Source: an uncultured Nitrososphaeraceae archaeon (GTDB lineage: Archaea; Thermoproteota; Nitrososphaeria; Nitrososphaerales; Nitrososphaeraceae). From it: 64,000 nucleotides of DNA. Made by a program: the position numbers and the translations under genes. Of the stretch, positions 1-10,986 are shown piece by piece. The notes beneath the pieces are model-generated. The model had not been told where the DNA came from. It did not search any database and saw nothing but the letters and a program-made list of their open reading frames with translations. The DNA lies in assembly GCA_963825865.1 (NCBI GenBank), contig CAWGVG010000044.1, positions 13,818 to 77,817 on the forward strand. The letters are read 5' to 3'. Positions within the stretch are counted from its first letter, which is position 1; every line of letters starts with the position of its first letter.

Positions 1-1430
1 TCAATAACGCCATTTTCAGCTGCTATATATGGATTAGCAAATCTGTCACGAAATTCCTTTGCAAGTTTCTTTTTAGTCGCCACCACATCTGCAGACTGTT
101 TCAAATCTCTTCTATGGATAATTGTAATCGCTGCTTCTGGACCAAGTACAGCTATTTCTGCTGTTGGCCACGCATAGTTTACATCAGCTCTCAGGTTCTT
201 GCTACCCATAGCAATATACGCACCACCATATGCTTTACCAATAATGCAAGTGATCTTTGGAACTGTCGCTTCACAATATGCAAATAGTAGCTTACTACCA
301 TGCCTAATAATTCCATTGTGTTCCTGGTCGCTTCCTGGAAGATATCCTGGGGTATCTACAAGAGTTACAATAGAAATGTTAAATGCATCACAGAATCTGA
401 TAAAACGTGCGGCCTTGCTTGATGAATTTATATCCAACGCTCCAGCGAGATACATAGGTTGGTTAGCAACAATTCCTACCGATCTTCCACCCATTCTTGC
501 AAAACCCACAACTATATTCTCTGCAAACAATTCATGAATTTCCAAAAATTCTCCGTTATCTACAATTGACTTTATTATTTCCTTGATGTCGTACCCTTGA
601 TATGGATTTTCGGGAAGAATATCTATCAGATTAGAATCAATCCTATTCGGATCATCTATACTTTCAACTAAGAGAGTTTCTTCAGTATTATTTTGTGGAA
701 TATATGACAACAACTTCTTTATTTTATCCATACAGTCATATTCATTTTTGGCTATAAAGTGTGCAACACCAGATTTTGTTGCATGTGTTTTGGCGCCTCC
801 TAAATCTTCAAATGATACTTCTTGACTTAGCACTTCCTTTACTACTTCAGGACCAGTGACAAACATTTGACCAATGTTTTCTACCATTACAACAAAATCT
901 GTCATTGCTGGAGAATATACTGCACCACCAGCGCATGGACCAATACTAGCAGTTATCTGTGGTATTACTCCTGATGCCATTGTATTTCTAAAAAAAATAT
1001 CTCCATACCCATCAAGACTCATTACACCTTCTTGAATTCTTGCACCACCAGAGTCAAGTATACCAATAAGTGGCGCACCAACTTTCATGGCATGATCCAT
1101 CACTTTAACAATCTTCCTTCCTGCCATTTCACCTAACGATCCCCCTAAAATTGTAAAGTCATATACATAAACGAAAACTTGTCTACCGTCTACTGTGCCA
1201 AATCCAGTAATTACACCATCACCATAGTATTTCTTGGTATCAGGGTCATCTCCTCTATGTGTTACATATTTGTCAATTTCTACAAAAGTACCCTCATCTA
1301 AAAGAAGATCAATTCTTTCTCTTGCAGTAAGCTTGCCTTTGGAGTGCTGGGCTACAATCTTTTCCTGGCCGCCGCCATCTTCAGCCAATTTTTTCATATT
1401 ATATAACCGCTTGATTTTCTCTTCATGCAT
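1..1430 (-). CDS. Acetyl-CoA/propionyl-CoA carboxylase, carboxyltransferase subunit (3' end runs off the window)
   Basis: Absent from the ORF track. Hand translation from ATG at 1430 gives MHEEKIKRLYNMKKLAEDGGGQEKIVAQHSKGKLTARERIDLLLDEGTFVEID...DGVITGFGTVDGRQVFVYVYDFTILGGSLGEMAGRK...DSGGARIQEG, typical of the PccB-type carboxyltransferase used in the 3HP/4HB cycle of AOA. Confidence 0.93.
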   Translation of the reverse strand, partial: MHEEKIKRLYNMKKLAEDGGGQEKIVAQHSKGKLTARERIDLLLDEGTFVEIDKYVTHRGDDPDTKKYYGDGVITGFGTVDGRQVFVYVYDFTILGGSLGEMAGRKIVKVMDHAMKVGAPLIGILDSGGARIQEGVMSLDGYGDIFFRNTMASGVIPQITASIGPCAGGAVYSPAMTDFVVMVENIGQMFVTGPEVVKEVLSQEVSFEDLGGAKTHATKSGVAHFIAKNEYDCMDKIKKLLSYIPQNNTEETLLVESIDDPNRIDSNLIDILPENPYQGYDIKEIIKSIVDNGEFLEIHELFAENIVVGFARMGGRSVGIVANQPMYLAGALDINSSSKAARFIRFCDAFNISIVTLVDTPGYLPGSDQEHNGIIRHGSKLLFAYCEATVPKITCIIGKAYGGAYIAMGSKNLRADVNYAWPTAEIAVLGPEAAITIIHRRDLKQSADVVATKKKLAKEFRDRFANPYIAAENGVI

Positions 1431-1601
1431 GGCTGTGCATTTTATGCCAAGGGTAGCATATATATATTAATTATAGAATATCTATTATTTGCATTTTACT
1501 AATGGCCTTTGAGCCTAGGGCTATTTATTTATTTTAATTTTTCCTACCAAAAAATTATCGTTTCATATCTGGCATACAGACACTCATATACTCGCTAATG
1601 A

Positions 1602-1815
1602 TTATTCCCTGAGTCCAGCTCGTCCACCGCGTGCTCTACGAAAATAGTTCATTCCAAGATTATAGTTCTCAAATAGAGATTGCAATGTCTCTATTTCAGT
1701 TACGAGTATTTCGATTTTTTCCTTGTTAAATTCAGGAGCTTTTCATTAATCCATCTAATTTTTCTTTCTTTTCAGCCAACAACTTGCCTACGTTATGTTC
1801 GTATTCACTCGACAT
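1602..1815 (-). CDS. Small hypothetical protein (~70 aa), one +1 frameshift
   Basis: Hand translation MSSEYEHNVGKLLAEKKEKLDGLMK/APEFNKEKIEILVTEIETLQSLFENYNLGMNYFRRARGGRAGLRE*. Length is 214 nt (71 codons + 1 nt); the extra base is in an A-run near 1741. Confidence 0.6.
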
Positions 1816-1851
1816 GCTCAGAAATACTGAATAATTAGATTTTATTGTGAT

Positions 1852-2174
1852 TTAACCTTTGCTACTGGTTATAGATTTGTAATGAACTGTTGTATAGGTA
1901 CGTATACATGCTTGAGAAACCGTTTTCTGATCACAGTGTGGTTCATATACGCAATTGACACATCCAGCACGTCTTCTGCATATAAAATATGACAAGATAC
2001 TAGTAATAGGTGACTCAGATTTGTGTTGTATATTACATCTCATATATGTTTAATAGTTTTTGATGCTTTTGACCATAATGCGTATTCTCCAAAGGAAATT
2101 TCTTTTCCACATTCCTTGCACTTGCCTTTGTATTTTACCATGAGCATAATCCAGTCCGACGGTCGCTGGTTCAT
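1852..2174 (-). CDS. Cys-rich putative Zn-binding hypothetical protein, frameshifted
   Basis: ATG overlaps the rfcL stop (ATGA). Reads MNQRPSDWIMLMVKYKGKCKECGKEISFGEYALWSKASKTIKH, then shifts into ORF 1852..2043 (CRRRAGCVNC...C...C). Confidence 0.55.
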
Positions 2175-3408
2175 CTTTTTCCCCCTAGGTGATTCATCTC
2201 TTTCGTTAGTGCCTCGCCAGACTTTTCATCAAGATTTAAAACATTTACGAAGTCTTTTGGATCCACTTTTTTATCAATCAGTATTCGAATAAGATAAGGT
2301 AAGCATATTGAACCAAAGATACTTGTTGAAGTATGATTCTCCTGTGCCAGTTCTAATAACAAATTTTTCATAGACCTCCCTCTAACAAAAATAGGTCCCA
2401 TTATTGGCCAGCTCAAACCATACTGGTTATATTTTATTCCTTTATTGCGTGAATCTTGAAATAAACCATATGCAATTATATTGTCAATATACCTTAGAAG
2501 ACTCCATTGTCTATTTTCTCCAATCCGTCCCACTATAATGTCTGCTTTAGAAAGCACGTCGAGAATAGGCAGCGAGACTGTCAAGATCAATTTTTGAAGA
2601 TACTATACTTGAAAATAAGGCATTGATCATATCCTTACGCCTTTCTTCAGTTGACATTCCAAAGCGTGGATCTCGATAAGATGCATCTGCTTGCAATAAA
2701 AATGCTTTTGCCTCCTCTTGGTCACCAGAAGAAAAATAACCGTTTATTGCATCTGCAATATCAATTTCAAAGGTATCTTCTCGAGTTGTCTTGTATCCTG
2801 CAAATTTTGACTGTGCGCCATTTAACAATGAGCGAACGTCTCCATGGTCTGCTATTTACAATTGAAACTTTTTGGTCTAAATCCAATTTTTTGTCCTCCT
2901 TCTTTAGAACGTAATCCAAAAAGAGCATCAGCAGCCTAGGAGGAATGGGATTGAATTCTATGACCTTACATACCTTAACCAGTTCTTTAATCTTCGTGTG
3001 ACGGAGATTAGCAGCCATGATTATAGGAATAATTGGCTCCTTGATCATTCTTATAAGAAATTCCATTCCGCCAGCATCTTCTCTACTGGAAATTCCGTCA
3101 ACTTCATCTAGAAATAATAACATTTTTTTTCCAAAGATACTTGCATTGTCAAACATTGGCCTCATCTGGCTTTCTAGTTCTTCTCTGTTTCTTGTGTCAC
3201 TAGCATTCATTTCTATTAAATCATAATCCAATAATCGTGCTAATGCCTGTACAAGTGATGTCTTACCAACGCCTGGAGGTCCAATTAGAAGAAGAGGTTT
3301 ACTGCCATTAATCCATTCAGACAGCCATTTTACCACTGCAAACCGAGAGTCTTCGTTTCCTATCATTTGTTCGACTGTGAGTGGACGGTAGACTTCAGAC
3401 CACATCAT
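2171..3408 (-). CDS. rfcL: Replication factor C large subunit (three ORFs joined by two frameshifts)
   Basis: WSEVYRP box, Walker A GPPGVGKT, EMNASD, LLFLDEVD. Continues through ORFs 2547..2828 and 2171..2590. Confidence 0.88.
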
Positions 3409-3461
3409 ATTTAATCATTATTATTTTTTTCAAAAAATAATTAACAAAAACCCATATTAAT

Positions 3462-4622
3462 CTACTTTTTTACTAGGGCCTTTGTGTTTTTGTCAAAATT
3501 TATGAGTGCCTTTGTGTTCTTCTCAAAATAAGGAAATAAGTTACGCCTGACCATTTCATTATACCAATATTCATTATAATGACTTATTGTGAGAAGCAGA
3601 AATTCGAGAATTGGTGTAAGTTTAAAGTCTTCTGGAAGTGTATCAATCGCGATCTTTGCATCATCCCGAAAAATTTTACTCTTTTTCAATGTAAGTTCGA
3701 AACCTTTCTTTACATCTCCTGCATTAAGAGAATAGTAAAGAGGCCAAGATGGAATTTTAATTGAACCATTCTTTAAAGCATCTTCAATTTCGTTCCCGCA
3801 ACCAACACATTCACCTGCCTTAGCCATACCTAAGTGGAATATTTCACCTAATGGCTTATGATTTAATGCCATATTTCTCCCAGCACAGCCCATTACTGCA
3901 CGGTATTTCTTGTAGCATCCAATCATATTTTCATCAGAGATTGATTCGGGCTTCATTTTCAACTTGGAATCAATATACTGTCCGATTCTTGCATCCTTGA
4001 ATCCTTCTTCAAATGCTTTTAAGACAAGATCTCCACCTTGAGAAATTTTTTGTCTTGCAATTTCTAGGATGTATGGACTCATCAGTTTGTAATCGTCAAG
4101 ATATTCAAGATCTTCATCTCTGTCAATAATTCTATCCATCGGTTCACTTAAGTCAATTGCAATAATATGACCATCGATGATTGCATTTTTCATTTCAATT
4201 GGAATATTTTCGTTTAAATATTCTGAGGCACCGTCAAATAAAGCAGTGAAAACCGGAAATGTCATCTTGACAAAATTAGAATTTAATATTCTTCCTACTC
4301 GATCCGCAAGTATTTCAGGTTTTGAGAGTCTTAATTTGACATCATTTATCTTCTGGTCATCTAAATCAAATTCGGATGATCCCACCTCCTCTATAAATTT
4401 TTTCAGTGTGACAGACGGATTAGCATCAGTAGTAATATTTTCATGCAATGAAAGAAGGAACCTCTTTGTAAACTCTGGAAATTCTTGCTCCATCTTTTGC
4501 TTGTATTTATCATATTGCTTATAGCCTGTTTCTCGAAGTAGTATCTGTTTTAGGATATTCTTGCCGGATCTAGTGCTCATTAAACCAAACTTTGTAAAGA
4601 CAGATTCGTCCTTGCTACTCAT
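3462..4622 (-). CDS. Hypothetical protein, predicted all-alpha, possibly isoprenoid-synthase-like fold
   Basis: Intact 386-aa ORF with DRIID, GQYID and NEIED motifs (see findings). Confidence 0.8.
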   Translation of the reverse strand: MSSKDESVFTKFGLMSTRSGKNILKQILLRETGYKQYDKYKQKMEQEFPEFTKRFLLSLHENITTDANPSVTLKKFIEEVGSSEFDLDDQKINDVKLRLSKPEILADRVGRILNSNFVKMTFPVFTALFDGASEYLNENIPIEMKNAIIDGHIIAIDLSEPMDRIIDRDEDLEYLDDYKLMSPYILEIARQKISQGGDLVLKAFEEGFKDARIGQYIDSKLKMKPESISDENMIGCYKKYRAVMGCAGRNMALNHKPLGEIFHLGMAKAGECVGCGNEIEDALKNGSIKIPSWPLYYSLNAGDVKKGFELTLKKSKIFRDDAKIAIDTLPEDFKLTPILEFLLLTISHYNEYWYNEMVRRNLFPYFEKNTKALINFDKNTKALVKK

Positions 4623-4788
4623 GGTATATGACTTTGAGTAACATATCTCATTATTTAACTATTCATATCAAGAAATATATATATAAATTAATTTTAAGAT
4701 TACATTCAGGCGTTTTATAAAAAATATTTATCTGATAAAAAATAGTGGATGGGTACCATCAAATAAAGAGCAGAAGAAAAAGATACTC

Positions 4789-5398
4789 TCAACGCGAAGC
4801 CATTGCAATACGTTCTTGCTCATTCTTTTTCTTTACAGCATGGCTTGCCATATCATTATTGGATGCCAAAATGATCTCTCTCAGCTAGCACCTCCTCAAT
4901 TGCATGAGGGTTAGAATATGTAGATTCTTTTACACCTTGAGCCATAAATCGAAGTGCAAGGTCCACTCTTCGCAATGGTGCAACATCTACTGACACATGA
5001 TAAACAACGCCACCATAAACTATACGAGTTGTATCTTCATTGGGAGAAGAGTTCTCGATTGCCCTCACAAGCAATTCTACTGGATTCTTACCTGTTTCTA
5101 GATGAATAATGTCAAATGCAGTTCTAACTACATTAAATACTCTCATCTTTTTGCCGCCCATTCTGCCAGTATTCTTTGCATATTTCTTACCAAAATGCAT
5201 CATATCGTTGGCCAATCTTTCGATAATGTTCACTTCAGCCTTTTTAAATCTGTGATGTTCATGTCTTCCAAAGGTAATTGGGATTACAACTGATGGTTTT
5301 AAGGAAATTACCTTTTGCAGTCCTAGATCACTTACTTCAATTTTACTAGTATCCCATTTATTGAACAATAAAATATTTACATGTTCCTTGCCGCTCAT
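4789..5398 (-). CDS. rps7: 30S ribosomal protein uS7 (frameshift near the C-terminus)
   Basis: LLFNKWD...NPVELLVRAIENSSPNEDTTRIVYGG...VDVAPLRRVDLA. Shifted frame ends SHAVKKKNEQERIAMASR*. Confidence 0.95.
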
Positions 5399-5403
5399 TT
5401 AGT

Positions 5404-5841
5404 TCATCTCCTCGGTTTTTCCTTTCTGCCATAAACAAGCTCTTTAAGTGATACACCATTTACTTTGAAAACTTGCCACCTAACACCAGGTATATCACCC
5501 ATAGCTCCCCCCATTGATCCTCCAATACCCTCTAATATCACCTCATCGTGTTCGTCGACGAAGTTTAGAGCACCATCCCGTGGAAGGAAAGCCGTAACCG
5601 ATTTACCATTTTTTATTAACTGTACTCTGACACATTTTCTAACGGCAGAATTGGGCTGTTTTGATTCGATACCTACCTTTTCTAACACAATGGCTCTTGC
5701 TTGAGGCGCGCCTTCTAACGGGTTAGCTTTTTTATCAAGCATCAGCATTCTTCTCTTGTAATACTTGTTTGCCCATCTGGCCCGATTCCTTTTTGTTCTA
5801 ATAACGCGGCCAGCGAATAATCCTAATGGAGATTTTGCCAT
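5404..5841 (-). CDS. rps12: 30S ribosomal protein uS12
   Basis: [24 protein letters not shown] and GDIPGVRW motifs. Confidence 0.98.
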   Translation of the reverse strand: MAKSPLGLFAGRVIRTKRNRARWANKYYKRRMLMLDKKANPLEGAPQARAIVLEKVGIESKQPNSAVRKCVRVQLIKNGKSVTAFLPRDGALNFVDEHDEVILEGIGGSMGGAMGDIPGVRWQVFKVNGVSLKELVYGRKEKPRR

Positions 5842-6321
5842 TCATATATTCAACTCATTGCTATTATTTGGAGTTTGTTCTTCGCTTATTATAAGTACAT
5901 TGGATATTTGGAAGTATCGCTTTGCAAGCAGCCTTGCCTTTTCAGCGTTTCTACCCTCTCGGCCTACCACTATACCCTTTTTCTTGGCATCTACAATAAC
6001 AACAGCCTGCTTTGTGCCGTCCATTCTTTCATTGATTTTTACTTGGTTAATCATATCGGAGTTTAGAGTATTGCAGATAAACTCAGAAGCATCGTCAGAA
6101 TATTCAACAAGCTCGACTTTTTTTGCCACAACGTTTTGTAATTGCTTGATTGTCGCTCCACCCTTACCAATTGCAAGACCCATTTGACCTTTATTGACAA
6201 TAAAAATTACTCTTTCCATCTTCTCGTCTACAATACAGTCTCTTGCTGTGGCACTGGTAATACTTTGAAACAGAGATATTAAGCGTAGTTCGTCAGAAGT
6301 TAATTTAATCTTCTCAGTCAT
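5842..6321 (-). CDS. nusA: Archaeal NusA (KH-domain transcription factor)
   Basis: GLAIGKGG and VVGREGRN KH motifs; expected position upstream of rps12. Confidence 0.95.
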   Translation of the reverse strand: MTEKIKLTSDELRLISLFQSITSATARDCIVDEKMERVIFIVNKGQMGLAIGKGGATIKQLQNVVAKKVELVEYSDDASEFICNTLNSDMINQVKINERMDGTKQAVVIVDAKKKGIVVGREGRNAEKARLLAKRYFQISNVLIISEEQTPNNSNELNI

Positions 6322-6849
6322 ACTCTACAACCTCTAAAATAGTAACAGTAATCTGAATTTGGTAACATCAAACGACAATTCATGCTGATTGATGAAGTCC
6401 AATTTAAGTCTTCATGCCAAAGATTTTGTTGTAGAAATAAGTTTTAACCTCATTGCATTATTATAATCACAATTGATTGAACTAATATCTCTGCCTTTTT
6501 CTTGCCATAGTTGTCGAATATACTATCATCACGGTCCAACTACATAAGTGAAATCATAATATACGAACCTTTGCATGACGAGCATGAATACAAAAATTGG
6601 TTTAACTTTTGCAAAGCATAATAAATTCACCTTTTACCTCATCATTAAACATTAGCGCTTCCTCTGAAAGGAATGCTTTAATATATTAATAAACAAAATA
6701 ATCTTTTGATTTTTTATAGAACCATTTAGTCATCAATGATCTAGTTCTTAGCGATACTAAAAATGAAATCAAAGAAGATCATTCATAGTATTTGATCAGT
6801 GTGAGAATTGTCACGAATCTCTATTATTTTTCATATACAAAATTTCAAT

Positions 6850-7164
6850 TTAGGTTTTCTTTTCTTTATCTGAAAATATTGAGTTAATTGCTGCATCCGT
6901 GCCACTCTTTAGTGCGATTACACTAATTCTAAAAGGCTTATTACACAATTTACCTAGTTGTAAAGAATTACCGTTAAACTGGTAAAGAGGAACACTCGAT
7001 GATTTAGCTAGTTCTTCCAAATGTAAGCGATTTTTAGAATCAAGAGAATTTGAAAGTATTATAAGTTTTGAACCTTTTACAGACTGTAATACTTCTTTTG
7101 TTCCGCTCTTGTATTTGTGAGCGGACACTGCATCCTTAACTACTTTCTCGATTGCCTTCGCCAT
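6850..7164 (-). CDS. rpl30e: 50S ribosomal protein eL30
   Basis: L7Ae/L30e motifs GTKEV and GNSLQLGKLCNKPFRISVIAL; lies downstream of rpoA. Confidence 0.9.
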   Translation of the reverse strand: MAKAIEKVVKDAVSAHKYKSGTKEVLQSVKGSKLIILSNSLDSKNRLHLEELAKSSSVPLYQFNGNSLQLGKLCNKPFRISVIALKSGTDAAINSIFSDKEKKT

Positions 7165-10100
7165 TTTGTTCCTTCACCATCATGTATAGATCTACCATTC
7201 CGGTCCCGACAGGCACAGTAGCACCAACTATAACGTTTTCTGTTACACCTCTTAATGTTTCAACCTGTCCTTCCAGAGATGCCCTAGCAATAGTTGGAAC
7301 TGTAATTTCGAATGCCGCTCGTGCCAGAACTGATGTCTTAGTTCCTGCAATACCGTGTCTACCAATCTGTTGTAGATATCCCTTTGATGTCATAAGATCT
7401 GCTACAAGCATAATGTGTCTTGTATCGACTTCAAGACCCTGCTCTTCTAGCGTGTTTATAATCTCCTTTACAAGCGCCGTACGTGCGGCTTCAATTCCAA
7501 GCGTCTGCCATATTTCATAAACATTATTTGTTGTGACTCTAGATGTATCGACTCCCTCAATTGCCACCACTTTCGCAAGATTGGATCCTGCAGTTTGAAT
7601 AACCCATTCCTCATCCTGTTTTACGATAGTAACCCTTTCAATGTCAGGTACCCCTTTAACCCTCGTATTTAGCAGTTTATTTTTTAATGTCAAAAGTGTC
7701 TGCGCGTCTGGCTCGTCAGGAGCAGTTATCTTAATAAAAAGCCTTTTTTCATTCATAGCAATTTCATACTTCTTCTTTGAACCTTTTAGCACTTCGTAAG
7801 CCTCTCGTAGTTCACAACCTCGTTCTATAAGTTTAGATTCAGACAGGTGAAATGTAAGTATACCACTATAGTCTGTATCTGTCTTTTCAACCAAGTCACT
7901 CACTCTTGTAAAAATAATTTCCCTTGCAACTTCAAGCGCTTTTTCTCGTGATATCATATGAGATTTGTCAAGATATATGTCCATAGTAGGCGTAACGGGT
8001 TTCTTTCTAGCATCTACCAATTCAATTAGCCTAGGAAGACCTAAGGTAACATTTCTCTCCTTTACTCCCGCAAAGTGGAATGTTCTAAGCGTCATTTGAG
8101 TGCCAGGTTCACCAATAGACTGAGCCGTCACAACTCCCACCGCTTCTCCAGGCTCTGCCAATGCCCTTTCAATGAGGTCAAGGGTCTTTTTCAACACTTT
8201 CTCAATTCCTTCTTTGCTTAATCTGTTCTCAAACAGAGCTTTTTCCAAATTATTCTTAAGTCTAGGGTTAAGATTCTCAGCATATTTAGCAATGATATCC
8301 TTAATATCATGTTCTGTTGCTTTTCTACCTTCATCAACTATGGATTCACTTTCGATTAATCTGGAAATGTTAACTGCCTCACCATGATCGCTTTTTGCGG
8401 GGTCAATTCCATCCTCGCCATAAACATACTGAAAAATGTTTCCATGAGGATCTCGTACAGTTTGATCATATTCTATTTTCAGATGCTCAAGGGCATTTAT
8501 CAATCTTCTCTGCATATAACCAGATTGCTGTGTTCTGACTGCAGTATCTACCAAACCTTCTCTACCACCCATCGCATGGAAAAAGAATTCTAATGGACTC
8601 AGCCCATCCCGATAATTCGACTTTATAAAACCTTTTGCATCAGGATTAGTGTCATTCTTTTTGAAATGTGGGAGAGATCTATTGTGATATCCTTTATCAA
8701 TTCTCTTTCCTCTTATAGATTGCTGACCCAGTGCAGCAGTCATTTGGCCAATGTTAAGAGTAGAACCTCTGGCACCAGTAGACGCCATGATCACACCAGA
8801 GTTATCGTCAGGAAATGCTCTATCTGCAGTTTTGCCTGCTCTATCTCTTGCTCTTGATAGTTCATTGACTACATATAGTTCTAATGCTTCATCTGGAGCA
8901 AGGCCCCTAGTTAGAGGGAGCGTTCCATCATTATATTGCTGAATCAGCTCATGAACCTTTTCGTAGGCTTTCTGGATAACATCGCTGATCTCCAATCTTG
9001 TCTCCTCGTTCAGCCACAGGTCAGAATAACCGTAACTAAATCCTATATGTGTGATATATGTCTTTAGCATGGTAAGTATTGAATCCAGGAATTTTCTTGC
9101 TGTGTCGTTACCATAATCTTTTGCAATTCTGTGCAGAACACTATCTGGCTCTTCTGCACCGATTGATGCCTTGTCAATAACTCCACTGATCAGTTCTCCA
9201 TTTTTGATAACAACATCTTTTCCTTCACGCTTTGTGGCTTTGTTCCACTTCGAAGTAATTATGAAGTTAAAGTCCTTTGGAAAGAAGAGTGAGAAAAGCT
9301 CTTTACCCGAATATATTCTCATTCCATCCTTGTTCAATTTTGGTTCTGGAAGGGCTCCATTGTAGCCTCCAATAAGAGCTAGGTTTGCAAATTCTTCTTT
9401 CGTTAATGTTGTCTCGTCCCTAGTTAGAATGAAGGCTCCTGTGATAAAGTCTCTTATCCCGCCAATGATAGGTCCACCGTACCTTGGAGAGATCAGTTGA
9501 TCTTGAACTCTCATCAAGAAGAGCAGCTTCTGCCCTCGCCTCTTCACTTTGTGGAACATGTAAGTTCATTTCATCTCCATCGAAATCGGCGTTGTATGGC
9601 GGACAAACTGCAGGATGCAATCTAAAAGTACGATAGGGTAGAACCTCTAACATAGTGAGCCATAATCGACATTCTATGCAGAGAAGGCTGTCTGTTAAAA
9701 ATTACAATATCTCCATCCGACAGATGCCTTTCTACCATATAGCCAAGTCGCAAGTGAATCTGCGATTATCTTTCTGTCGCTGACATAATCAAGCCTAATC
9801 TTGACACCATCGGGTCTGATAATATAGTTAGCCCCAGGATATGTGTTGGGACCATTAATGACTAATTTCTTTAATCTTTCAAGGTTCCAATCTGAACACT
9901 GTTTCTGGAATAGTGAGTTTCTTTGCAACATCTACAGGTACTCCCACATTCGAAATTGTAAGATTAGGGTCTGGCGAAATCACAGTTCTACTTGAAAAGT
10001 CTACTCTTTTACCTGAAAGCGAACCTCTGAATCTACCCTCTTTTCCCTTCAACCTCTGAGTAAGAGTCTTAAGCGGCCTACCAGATCTGTGATGAGCTTG

Positions 10101-10961
10101 GGGAATTCCTGAAACTTCGTTGTCAAAGTATGTTGTAACATGATATTGTAATAAGTCTACCAAATCCTGGACAATAAGTGGTGGAGTTCCTGCCTCTTTG
10201 CTTTCTTTCAGTCTTTGGTTGACTCTTATGATGTCTACAAGTTTGTGTGTCAGATCATCTTCTGATCTTATTCCAGTTTCCAGAATAATAGAAGGTCGCA
10301 CTGTAACTGGCGGTACTGGCAAAACCTGCAATACAAACCATTCAGGCCTAGCCGTACTCGGATCATAACCTAAAAGCGTCAGGTCATCGTCAGAAATATG
10401 GACAAGTCTTTCTCTTATAGTAATCGGAAGTAGTCTGTTTTCACCAGCATCAGTTTTCTCTACAAAAATTGTTGGTTTTGTGAAAATCAAATCATATTGA
10501 TCTTTCTGGCAATGAGGACAAATTTTTACCTTTTTTGCCTTTTCAATAATATCGTCCTTGACATTTTCTAATGTAATTACTGCGTATGCCGCCTTACTAT
10601 CTCTGAGGGCCTTGTATTTAGCAAGATCTTCAGGCTTTAATTTGATTCTATTACATGATCTACAGGTGATTAAAAGGAGTTTGTGAATATCATCAACAAA
10701 AGCAATATGTAATACTGGCTCTGCTAATTCAATATGTCCAAAGTGACCAGGACATTTTGCAGACGTATTACCACATGTAGCACATTTCTGACCTGGCTCT
10801 AATGTTCCAAGCCGGTTGTCCATCAGTCCACCTTGCACTGGCATACCATCTTCATCATATGTTTCTGGAGCGGTTATCTCAGCTACACTAAACTTACGAA
10901 CTTCTACTGGAGACCATACACTAAACCTTATCCCACCAAGGATTTTTACTGATTCTTCCAA
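7136..10961 (-). CDS. rpoA: DNA-directed RNA polymerase largest subunit (A' and A'' unsplit), four frameshifts
   Basis: [25 protein letters not shown], catalytic [24 protein letters not shown], and the A''-type [15 protein letters not shown] in the same 807-aa ORF. Confidence 0.96.
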
Positions 10962-10986
10962 TTTCTTACACTGCTCCTATTATCTG

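Noticed and set aside
199-1470. Plus-strand ORFs 199..537 and 1234..1470, and similar short antisense ORFs throughout
   Set aside because: They are shadows of well-supported genes on the opposite strand.
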